IMG/VR virus record: IMGVR_UViG_3300028805_000037
Coordinates: 32,001 to 96,000 of that record
DNA length: 64,000 nt
From: a virus
Lineage: Duplodnaviria; Caudoviricetes
Direction: 5' to 3' (one strand)
Both the position numbers and the translations under genes were made by a program. This document shows positions 31,857 to 42,000 of this stretch, one piece after another. Numbering within the stretch: the stretch's first letter is position 1; each line of letters begins with the position of its first letter. Under the pieces are notes generated by a model. The model did not search any database. It was given only the letters and a program-made list of their open reading frames with translations, and was not told the origin of the DNA.

Positions 31857-34469
31857 TTATAACCATACATATTTAATATTTACTTGTGGGAATTTAACCA
31901 ATTCTATACGCTTTTTTATTTCTGGTCTAATATCAATATTATAATATAACCATATATAAGAACCATCAACAGGTCTATTATCTTCATAGTTCCAAATTAA
32001 AGTACCTGTTCTTACATCAACAGTGTATAAAATATTTGAAATCTCTTGTGTTAAATTTTTGTCTGCATAAACTTTAAAACTTGGATCTGGATATATTACA
32101 TTTTGATTATTTAATTTAATTTTGTTTCCATATACTAAATATTTTTCTCCATTAGCTGGTTTTGTCCAACTATTAAATGTTACTTGATATGTATTTAATA
32201 TATATTGATACGTATAACTTATAGGATCTGTAACTTCATCTGTGATATATTCATCATAATTTTTAAATATATAATCTTTTTCTATTACAGGTTCCTCTAA
32301 CGATATTAAATAATATTCATTCCCTACTAATTGATAGATTGCATTTATATCTAAAGGAATTGCACCAAATTTTAAAGCATTACAAATATAATCTATTTTT
32401 CTTAAACTAGTTTGATCTACAAGAGTTGTTTCATTATATTGGTATAATTTACCAGTTAACTTATCCAAATAAATTGCATCTGTAATTAAATCAGTTGTAT
32501 CTATTTCCCAAGAGCCATTTACTAATATATATAAATTACTATTCATTGTATTAAAATACATCGCACCGTCTGATAATCCGTAAGCAACAGGCTCTGTATC
32601 AGTTACTGTAACTAAATCATAATATGCATTTATTTGGTTCCTTACTTCATAATAGTGATCATTTATATTTAATAACTCATATTTATCATAAGTTTCAATA
32701 CTTTTTTCTGTAAGACTAATTATAGTTAAAGGCTCTTCTTCTGTATAACTTTTCTTAAATAAAATATCTCTATATTGATCATTTACAGACTTTAATATAC
32801 TTACATCATTAAGCGATGAAAACATATCTGCTGTAATTGTTCCTGCTTGTAACACTTCATAAAAGTTATTATTATATAGGATGATATCTCCTATATCATA
32901 ACTTACACTATTGTCATATAATTTAATTTCAGGTAAATTAAGACCTGTTCCTTCTATATTAAAATATGTATTATAAGCTGTTAAATACTCAGCATCAGAC
33001 AATGACTCAAATGTTGCTGTTCCTTCTGATAAAGCATTAACTACTTGTCTAATTCCTAATTGTGTTCCTCCATTCATAGCTGCTTGCCACAATCCAGCAG
33101 TACCATTATCTTGATTTCCTAAAACACAGTTTCTATAATTAATATTACCCATCCACGCAGGTTGTCTGAAATCAAAATATGAGGCAAAATTTTTATAAAC
33201 AAAATTATCACTGACATCTTCTACATAAAGATTTCCTTTTGACTCACGTAAATCAATTTGTATTTTATTAAATATTTTACCAAATGTACTTGCAAAAATT
33301 AAATGGTTGTATGTTTTAAATGTAATCTCATTTATTTTTTCTTCGGAACCTTCTTCTAATATATAAGTTTGTAATACTTTACTGTTATAAATATAAGGCA
33401 CTCTAAAATAAACGTATCCTACTGAACTAAAATCAACTGAAATAATGTTATGTTCTTGTGGTGTACCTTCAAATGTTATTCCAAAATCTTCTAAATTAAC
33501 TTCTTCAGAATCATATTGCCAATAATCATATATACTATTCCAATAAAAATCATACACACCTGATCCACTTACTTTATCACTAAATACAAATTTATTGATA
33601 GATAAATTTTTTAAATTATCAAAACTATCATTTTCGTAAATATCTGCAGTTATAGATTTACTGGAAAGATTTGAAGCAATTGCTTTACCATCCATATAAA
33701 GAGTATATTTTTTTGGAGTTATATCGTCTAATGTAGTAACATATAAATAATTACAATTAACTTTTGATGGTATATTTTTTGGCACCAATGGAACTTGTGT
33801 ATATTCTGTATATACATATCCTGGTTGTATATTTTTATTCGGATTTAAATTTCCAGACTCAATTGAAACTTCACTCGTTAAATACATACTTGGCAAATCA
33901 CCTGGAACCATTTGTTGTGAATATACATAACCTCTATCTCTATATGGTACTATATTTCTATCAGTATCAATGTTACCTAACTGTTTATATAAATCAATTA
34001 TAGACCAGTATGTTTGTGTTAGTTGATCTGTATACAAATATTTAACTTGTGTGTATGAGTTATCAATTAACATATCAGCTGTCCAATTAGAAAGGAAGCT
34101 AAAGAAATTTGCATTATTTAATGCTGCAACTGCATAATAATATTGCGTAGTTAATTCATTATCTGTTAAATAATCAATATAACAAGTCTGTGTATTTTCA
34201 TTTTCATCTTTATTTAGAACCATTGCAATTAAAGTTGCATCATTATGCCCAATCGTAGTTGACCTATATACATAATAGCCTTTCATATCTGTAAGAGACG
34301 AATTTTTCCAACTTATTATATTATAATTTCTTTCATGTAAAACATATAAATCTTTTGGGATACCTATATTAGCACTTGGTAATTTTGCACCATAAAGCCA
34401 AGTATCCCCATAAAGTATAAGTGGATCTAAATTTCTATAGTAAGATATATCTTCAAAATGATTTGTCAT
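31857..34469 (-). CDS. Putative baseplate/tail structural protein
   Basis: FN3-like segment (ISW..GYYVYRS..YYYAVAA); position. Confidence 0.6.
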   Translation of the reverse strand: MTNHFEDISYYRNLDPLILYGDTWLYGAKLPSANIGIPKDLYVLHERNYNIISWKNSSLTDMKGYYVYRSTTIGHNDATLIAMVLNKDENENTQTCYIDYLTDNELTTQYYYAVAALNNANFFSFLSNWTADMLIDNSYTQVKYLYTDQLTQTYWSIIDLYKQLGNIDTDRNIVPYRDRGYVYSQQMVPGDLPSMYLTSEVSIESGNLNPNKNIQPGYVYTEYTQVPLVPKNIPSKVNCNYLYVTTLDDITPKKYTLYMDGKAIASNLSSKSITADIYENDSFDNLKNLSINKFVFSDKVSGSGVYDFYWNSIYDYWQYDSEEVNLEDFGITFEGTPQEHNIISVDFSSVGYVYFRVPYIYNSKVLQTYILEEGSEEKINEITFKTYNHLIFASTFGKIFNKIQIDLRESKGNLYVEDVSDNFVYKNFASYFDFRQPAWMGNINYRNCVLGNQDNGTAGLWQAAMNGGTQLGIRQVVNALSEGTATFESLSDAEYLTAYNTYFNIEGTGLNLPEIKLYDNSVSYDIGDIILYNNNFYEVLQAGTITADMFSSLNDVSILKSVNDQYRDILFKKSYTEEEPLTIISLTEKSIETYDKYELLNINDHYYEVRNQINAYYDLVTVTDTEPVAYGLSDGAMYFNTMNSNLYILVNGSWEIDTTDLITDAIYLDKLTGKLYQYNETTLVDQTSLRKIDYICNALKFGAIPLDINAIYQLVGNEYYLISLEEPVIEKDYIFKNYDEYITDEVTDPISYTYQYILNTYQVTFNSWTKPANGEKYLVYGNKIKLNNQNVIYPDPSFKVYADKNLTQEISNILYTVDVRTGTLIWNYEDNRPVDGSYIWLYYNIDIRPEIKKRIELVKFPQVNIKYVWL

Positions 34470-34478
34470 TTTTTAATC

Positions 34479-35774
34479 CTATGTTTTAATTATAAACATC
34501 ATTTGAATTGCAGGTGGTTGAACTGTTTCAGATTTACCATATACATCATTTCTAAAAGTATCTACATCATTTACTTTATGTAATTCACCTTTTGAGGCAT
34601 CAAATCTAAATTCAACTGAAGAACCACCACCATCTGCCGAGCCACGATTATTTAAATTACCAGCATTATATATTGCTCCGCTTCCTGTCCAAGCATTACT
34701 ATCTTCTCTCCAGCTACCTTTAATATTTGGTAATCCAGCTTCTATATCTGTTCCAACATTTGAAGAATCGCCACCCCAAAATGTTTTACCTCTAAAATCT
34801 GGAACTTTAAATACAGAACCACTTCCACCGTATCTATATCCAATTACATTAAATAATTTTATATATTCATTTGTGTTATAACTTGTACCGTCACAAAGCA
34901 GCCATCCTGCAGGTGCAACTGCTCCTGCAAAAGGAACAACTACTCCTGTTAAATTTACAATAATTGGAACTTGCATTACGCCACCACTATATACAATAGA
35001 TGAATTATCAATATTTGTTTGTAATATAGAATTAGCTACGCCACCAGCAGTCGTACGTTTTAAACCATTTCCAATCATACTACTATTAAATTTTTCAGCA
35101 GTTATAGTCTCGGTTCTAATTTTATCATTTGTAACTGCAGAATTAATTATCTTAACATTTGTTACAGCATTATTTGCAATCTTACTTTCTATAATTGCAC
35201 CATTTTCTATACCAGCTGTTGGTATTAAACTGCCGTTAGTATTTCCTGTATGATTATGTGCAGATACATCAATACCATCAACTAAATTAACGTTAACTAT
35301 ACTTCTATAAGGATTTTCAGATGTACCTTCTCCCATCTTTAAATCACCTATCATAAAATTACTACCGTCAGTATAAACTGTATTTGCGTCCATATCAGTT
35401 ACAACTTTCTGTATATCTTTAACATCCTCTACCCAAACTATACTCCCGCCACCTTTATAATGACAATATAAATTTTTACCTATAGGACTATAACCATTAT
35501 CAAATGTAATAACTGCGCTTGTTGCATTAACCGTATATTCAGAAATTTCAATTGCAGTTTCACCTGACATATAATATACACGTAAATCTGATGTATCTTC
35601 ATTATAAATACATTCATTTAATACATAACAATATTGTGTTTCTGAAATTGGTATGTATCTATCATTTAATAAAGGTTCATCTAATTCAGCATAATCTGGA
35701 TCGGAACGTTTATTTACGATATCTCTTCTAAAAGAACCTAATGAAACAAACTTATTTGCCATCATTTCCTCCAA
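34479..35774 (-). CDS. Tail fibre protein with tail-collar domain
   Basis: TGVVVPFAGAVAPAGWLLCDG...FKVPDFRG collar motif; AVTNxKI repeats. Confidence 0.8.
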   Translation of the reverse strand: MEEMMANKFVSLGSFRRDIVNKRSDPDYAELDEPLLNDRYIPISETQYCYVLNECIYNEDTSDLRVYYMSGETAIEISEYTVNATSAVITFDNGYSPIGKNLYCHYKGGGSIVWVEDVKDIQKVVTDMDANTVYTDGSNFMIGDLKMGEGTSENPYRSIVNVNLVDGIDVSAHNHTGNTNGSLIPTAGIENGAIIESKIANNAVTNVKIINSAVTNDKIRTETITAEKFNSSMIGNGLKRTTAGGVANSILQTNIDNSSIVYSGGVMQVPIIVNLTGVVVPFAGAVAPAGWLLCDGTSYNTNEYIKLFNVIGYRYGGSGSVFKVPDFRGKTFWGGDSSNVGTDIEAGLPNIKGSWREDSNAWTGSGAIYNAGNLNNRGSADGGGSSVEFRFDASKGELHKVNDVDTFRNDVYGKSETVQPPAIQMMFIIKT

Positions 35775-35784
35775 TAACTTTTAC

Positions 35785-37257
35785 TTAAATTGTTATAGAC
35801 AAATTACCTAATGTGATATATTGTGTTTTATTAACTGTTATAATATCGTTAACAGCTGGTTGTGTATCTGACGTTTTCTTAAAATAAGTTAGAGGTAATA
35901 CAACACGCTCTACACCGTCTATATAACATAGATTTACTATATCTGATTGCTCAATACTTTCGCCAACTTTTAATGTAGATATATAAGAACTAATAACTGT
36001 TATTAATTTATTAACAATATTATTTTTTTCGTCTGCATCTGTAGTTGTACTAACTACTTGTAAGAATATATCAATAGGAATATTTTGTGCTTCTTTTACT
36101 AAAATATTTGCTCCTGTATTGTATTGTTCCTGAGATAAAAAATTAGCTACGTCTGTAATTAATTTATTATAACTATACTGTAATCCATGTGTTCCTGCAG
36201 GAACAGTTTCAGAAAATATAATTTTATCTAATGATTTTTGAGAACCTGAATAAATACTTGATTGATCAGGTACTGCAATAGCTGTGATATCTGTATCTGT
36301 TAAAGCAGCTGTACCTGCTACAATTGGTCTAGGCATATTTCCTGTAAGCTCAATACTTGTTGTAGGTGCATTAAATACTATCTCATCATTTTTATATTGT
36401 GCTATTGTTGAACCTTTTAAATAAATATCATAACATCCACCTTCACTTCTTACAGGTGCCATTAAATCGTCACCAGCAGTTATAACTTCTACAGAAGTAG
36501 CTGCTGGAAAATTTTGTAAAATTAAACTCTTTATTCCATTAACTGTTCCGATATTTATACCAGATACCTCGTACTTCATACGTGCAATAAAATTAGCATT
36601 TGTTTCTGTATCTGTTCCATTAGATATTTCAGTTTTATTTGTAACATTTGGGAACCCTGTAACTGTTGAAATACAAATTGAAATATCACCTATAACTGTA
36701 TTTCCAATAGTTCCTGTAACAACAGCTTGAACAGGAACATCTAACATATAACCATTTGTTCCAAAAGTTGAATCATAATAAGCATTACTAAACGTAACCT
36801 CTTGAGTCGTTTGGTATTGTATACCTTTTGAAGCAGATGCTACTACAGTACCTAACGGAATTACTGTGCTTTCTTCGTCAGCTCCTACTGGATCAGGTCT
36901 CCAAAAATTTACTATACCTGTAGCAACTGTTGCTTGTTTTCTTGATTTACCATAATTTGCTGCTAATTTTTCAACAGATTCAGATATATATGAAATAACA
37001 GTATCTGTATCTGTATTTAAAGCGTCTGCAATTTTTTGTAATTGAGATGGAGAATTTAATAATTCTCCACAAGAATCAAAACTTTGAAGAGCATTAATGT
37101 ATTGTAAAAGTATCTCAACTTTAGCTACTTGTGTTGCACAAGGAATCAGAAATAAATCTTCTACAGCTGACCTAGGTGTAGTATTTACGTTTCTGTTTTC
37201 TAAAATTGTATTTTTTAATTCTGTATACGCCTTTGTAATATCAATAGCCATATGCAC
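35785..37257 (-). CDS. Baseplate J-like wedge protein
   Basis: RKQATVATG, IPLGTVV, GTIGN, NGTDTET..F..R motifs. Confidence 0.85.
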   Translation of the reverse strand: MHMAIDITKAYTELKNTILENRNVNTTPRSAVEDLFLIPCATQVAKVEILLQYINALQSFDSCGELLNSPSQLQKIADALNTDTDTVISYISESVEKLAANYGKSRKQATVATGIVNFWRPDPVGADEESTVIPLGTVVASASKGIQYQTTQEVTFSNAYYDSTFGTNGYMLDVPVQAVVTGTIGNTVIGDISICISTVTGFPNVTNKTEISNGTDTETNANFIARMKYEVSGINIGTVNGIKSLILQNFPAATSVEVITAGDDLMAPVRSEGGCYDIYLKGSTIAQYKNDEIVFNAPTTSIELTGNMPRPIVAGTAALTDTDITAIAVPDQSSIYSGSQKSLDKIIFSETVPAGTHGLQYSYNKLITDVANFLSQEQYNTGANILVKEAQNIPIDIFLQVVSTTTDADEKNNIVNKLITVISSYISTLKVGESIEQSDIVNLCYIDGVERVVLPLTYFKKTSDTQPAVNDIITVNKTQYITLGNLSITI

Positions 37258-37259
37258 TC

Positions 37260-37694
37260 CTATATAGTAACTTTTACTATTTGACCAGCTGCAGTAACTA
37301 CATCCATAGATACACTAACAGCTTTATTTACTTTTTCTACAGTTTCTGTGTCTATTACAATATTGTTTAATCCTGTAATTTGTTCACTTGAACTCGGTGA
37401 TTCTTCTAATGCTCTTATATAAGCAATAGCTCCTACTATAGTTTCTTGTACTGCACTTTCTACTAAACTATTTCCAATTGGATTTTTTCTAATAACATTT
37501 AATGTAGTACCATAATTTGGAAAATAATCAGAACTGTATTGATCCGTTTTTAATACTTTCGCAACTTCCTGAGCAACATAGTCTGAATTATAAACTAAAT
37601 CAATATCATTATTTGATAAAAATTCAATGTCATTATAAGTTTGAACATTAAATATATTATTTTTTGTATTAATATTTATAAATTTTATATCCAT
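37260..37694 (-). CDS. Baseplate gp25/gpW-like protein
   Basis: Size, PNYGT motif, directly upstream of baseplate J. Confidence 0.65.
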   Translation of the reverse strand: MDIKFININTKNNIFNVQTYNDIEFLSNNDIDLVYNSDYVAQEVAKVLKTDQYSSDYFPNYGTTLNVIRKNPIGNSLVESAVQETIVGAIAYIRALEESPSSSEQITGLNNIVIDTETVEKVNKAVSVSMDVVTAAGQIVKVTI

Positions 37695-37710
37695 AAAAAC
37701 CTCTAAAAAA

Positions 37711-37736
37711 AGTATAATATGATAGTTCTGTCAAGG
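37711..37736 (-). promoter_or_regulatory. Candidate late promoter motif (copy 1)
   Basis: CCTTGACA-N5-ATCATAT-TATACT, intergenic. Confidence 0.5.
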
Positions 37737-37739
37737 GCA

Positions 37740-38297
37740 TTATTTAACTAAATCGTTTGCTTGTTTAGTTGTTACAACTGTAGTAGTTGTAGTTTCACCT
37801 TTACTTACTTTCTTTGTTATTAATTTTTGTGCACCTGTAGTAATAGTATTTAAAGCACTTGTAGCTTGTTTAACAACATAATTTTTAGCTTTTTGTGCAT
37901 ACTCTTCAGCTTGTTTATTTAATTCATCTAATCTTTTTTCTAATTTTTGTTGCCATCCTTCCAGTGTATCTATAGTATCTTCTAAATCAGTAATTCTATC
38001 TTCCATTTTATTTTTTAAATTTTGTAAACTAACTGTCTTAGCAGTACTTGCAGCTTCAGTACCGCTACTAGTAGATTTACCAAATAAACTTTTTGGTAAC
38101 GGTAATTGATCAGGTAGTGTTTGTACTTGACTTTTAGCATCATTCACCATTTGTCTAGCATCTGCTAATTTAGATGTAGCGTTATTATAAGCAACTTTAT
38201 AACTAGTCAATGTAGCTTTATAAGTAGTTACTTGAGTTTTTATTAATGTAATTGTATTTTGTATATCTGAAATTCCCATACTATTTAAATCTAACAT
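37740..38297 (-). CDS. Coiled-coil hypothetical protein
   Basis: ORF track; heptad-rich. Confidence 0.7.
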   Translation of the reverse strand: MLDLNSMGISDIQNTITLIKTQVTTYKATLTSYKVAYNNATSKLADARQMVNDAKSQVQTLPDQLPLPKSLFGKSTSSGTEAASTAKTVSLQNLKNKMEDRITDLEDTIDTLEGWQQKLEKRLDELNKQAEEYAQKAKNYVVKQATSALNTITTGAQKLITKKVSKGETTTTTVVTTKQANDLVK

Positions 38298-38299
38298 TA

Positions 38300-39082
38300 T
38301 TACTCCTTAACTAATAATGTATTTTGTGCTGGAGTTGTAACTGCAACTGTATTTCCTGTACCTGTACCTGTATTAACTTGTACAGAATGCTGATGCTGAT
38401 TCAACCATTGTAATAATGATTGACCTTTAACTGTATTTTCTCCACCAACAATAACATTTTTAGAATCTACATTAACAGTACTTTTTCCACTTACATTAAC
38501 TTCTTTTGCGTTCAAATTAATTGTATTACCGGTAGAAATTGTTATTTTATCATCACTAATTGTAATAGTAGTATTTCCTTTAGAAACTGTTAATTGATGT
38601 GAGTCTTGTTCTTGTTTAATAATAAACCCATCTGTACCTGTAATCTCTAAAGAATCATAATCGATTGTCATTTTGCTTCCATCACAATTCAATTGTATTG
38701 ATTGAGAACCTGAAGTTAATGATGCGACCATAGACTGTAGTAAAAGTGTAGATACTCCAGAAGAAAATAACTGATCTCCTTCTTCTGTTAATGTTGTAGA
38801 AAGTGATTCCTTTTCACTACCTTCAACATCTCCTTCAATTGTTGATGCAAAATATTTAATAGGTAAAACCATATCCTGTCTATTTGGTATTGATGAAATA
38901 ACCGCAAACAATAAATAATAACCAACTTTAGGTATCTCTTGATGAGCTAGTGTATCTGGATAATAAATATTTTGATAATTCTCACTTGTTAAATTTCCAG
39001 ACGTTAAATCAACAATATTCATTTTTTTGCTTTGTGCATCAACAGAAGTAATTAATCCTAATTTTAATCCGATTCTATACAT
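38300..39082 (-). CDS. Baseplate central spike (gpV/gp45-like)
   Basis: Beta-helix-like repeats and C-terminal HxH (NQHQH). Confidence 0.7.
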   Translation of the reverse strand: MYRIGLKLGLITSVDAQSKKMNIVDLTSGNLTSENYQNIYYPDTLAHQEIPKVGYYLLFAVISSIPNRQDMVLPIKYFASTIEGDVEGSEKESLSTTLTEEGDQLFSSGVSTLLLQSMVASLTSGSQSIQLNCDGSKMTIDYDSLEITGTDGFIIKQEQDSHQLTVSKGNTTITISDDKITISTGNTINLNAKEVNVSGKSTVNVDSKNVIVGGENTVKGQSLLQWLNQHQHSVQVNTGTGTGNTVAVTTPAQNTLLVKE

Positions 39083-39098
39083 TATAAAGCCTCAACTG

Positions 39099-42000
39099 TT
39101 AAATAATTGTTATTTCTATAATAGGGCATCCTGCATTTACTATTAAATTCCCTAATTCTTCAGTATATTTACTATTAGCTGTAAATGTTCCATGTATGTC
39201 ACCACTAAAATCACCTACTAAAATACAGCCGTCTGTATGTTGCACACTAGATCCTGTATGTATTCTTATATCTGTAAAAAACGGAACATTTAAAAGTTCT
39301 GGATAATTTCCTCCAAATTTAGGTGACCAAGACACACGTGTTAAATATATGCCATTTGGTATAGCGGTTTCATTATCAATTTTTATATTTGTTAAATCTT
39401 GTCCTCTATAAGTATCCTCTAATGTATAACAAAAAGGTTTCTCTGTAACAGTATTTATATATAACTTGCCGATAGTTCTTGAACTATCTAAAAGATATCT
39501 ATGAAGAATAATTTTTAATGGTCTAGCTGAAGAATTATACTTATCTAATACATATTTATTAGGATCTAAATTAACATCTGGTAACTGTAATTTTTGTATT
39601 TTATATGGATACCAATCTTTCGAATTTAATTTCATATAAGAATTATCTGCATTATAAAGATTTACTTGTATTTGTTCTTTTAGTTCAACACTCTTAATAA
39701 ATTCTGACTTTTCAGAGTTTAAAGTTATATTTTTTGTATAAGAACTACTTCTATCATTTGAAACAACATTAATACCTCCTGCATTTGTTACTGTAACAGC
39801 ACCGCCATCAAGTCTACAAACTAAAGCACTGCTATTCTTATATTCTACATTATAAGTTCCGTTATCATTTATATAAGTTTTATCTTGTATATATAAATAT
39901 CCTTTTTCAAAATCATCTATTTTATAAGCCACATCAACAACATTATTTTTAAACTTATCTATAATTTGTTTTTGTGTATCATTATTAATCGTAATATCTT
40001 TTTGTAAGTTTATTATTAAAGATGTATTGTAAACACATGGTACTTTCCTAAACACTCCTTCTCCTGATTTAATTAAACTTCCCCAAGATACTATATTATT
40101 TATTTTTAAATTTAATTCTTTATCAAGTCTTTCATTGCAAAAAAGAAACGAGCCAAATTGATTACCATTTATCGACTCAATTAAGTTATATATAGTTACA
40201 TTATATAAATTTTCAAAATCACTATTATTCCAAACATACAGTACTGATGGATCAAAAACAGCTTTAAAATCATTTACTGTTGATACTCTACCGTCTGTAT
40301 ATTTATCAATCCCTACATATAAACCACCTTTATTATAAATTTGTTGAATAGTAGGAATTTTATCTTCTGGAATTTCATTATATCCTACACGAATTACACA
40401 AGGTAAAAATTTATTATCACACTTTCCTGTATTAATAAATTGATTTATTTCACTTTCAGTTGTTATATAATGTTTTTCTAATATTGTAACATCGTAACCA
40501 TATAAATCTTTTACTTTTTCATAATCAAATTTTATTACTGGATAATAATATAGTAAACCTGTTTTTGAATATAATGTTACATCTAAAATTAATTTTGTAA
40601 ACTCACCTAATATTTCACCCATTGAATTTCTTAAAGACATATCTTTCAGTTTTACTTGATTATTTTTTCCAATATTAGGCGTTATAATAGTTTCATTAAA
40701 TTCAATTAAATCTGTTTTATAATTTATAGGGCTTACACCAGCAATATAAGCCCCACGGTTATACAATGATTGTACTAATGGAAATTGTTCACTATCTTTA
40801 TATACATAAGCTGGTACACCTACATTAATTGTTTCATTATGATATAAATCTTTAAAAAGGTTAAATAATTTTTTATACCATGTAAAATATATTCCTGGAG
40901 TTGAATTAGAAAATAATTTTTTAAATTTATTAATTAATATATTTCCTTCTTTCTCATTTACATATTCTAAAAGTATTGAAACGTCTTTACCAGCATAATC
41001 ATAGGCTAATTCGAATTCATAATAAGCAAATTTACTATTACAAAATTTATTATATTTATTAACCATATTAGTTAATCTATCATAATGATCAAAATATTGA
41101 TACTCAGTATTTTTTTTCTGCTCAATATACCAAACTTTATATGACTGTGTATACCTATCATTTTTTAAATATCTATTATATGCTTGTAAAATCTCATTCA
41201 TTATAATCTGAAAATCTTTTAAGTCACCTGCTGCAAATCCAGAAAGTATATTAGGTACTATAGAGTCTGTAACAAAAAACTTATTATTTACAGTAGCATA
41301 CGGTGCTGATAAATTTGAAATATTAATATCTGTAATATAATCTAAAGAATTGTATTTACCTCCAAAAGTAGCATCTTTATTTAAATATTCTAAAAATTTT
41401 TGTTCATTTGCTTTAGTACGTATTTCTCTAGAATAGTAAGCAGTAGCATTTAAGTCGTGAGTTTTTGAACTATTTGTTCGCATCAACAGATCTGTAAACC
41501 ATATAGCATTTATTAATTGTTGTTTAGGTGTAAATGCACTAGATAAAATATCTTCATAACTTTTAAAATCTTTAACTCTAATATTTGTCGGCGCCATTGT
41601 TTTATATAAAGATCTTGTTTCATTTGTGCTAACATAGCTATTTCTATTTATATATGTATCAAATTTATTTTTATTTGGTGCTTCAAAACTAGCCCAATAA
41701 TATCTATTATTTGCACATAAATTATTTACTTTATCTTCTATACGTTTTTGTTGTTTTTCTGTAAGCATATTAGGAGTAATACTTGACTGGTACATACTTA
41801 ACTCTGGAAGTCTTTTAAAATTTAAAATATATGCTCCTGATTTTTGTATATCAGCTAAATTATTACGTCCTCTCATATTATCTATTAACTCAGCAACACG
41901 CATATATTTAAATGTTAATCTATGTATATCTACATTTCCAGGAGAAATAGTTGTAGAAATTGTAGTTAAATATCCTACAAATCCTGTAGATAATATATTA

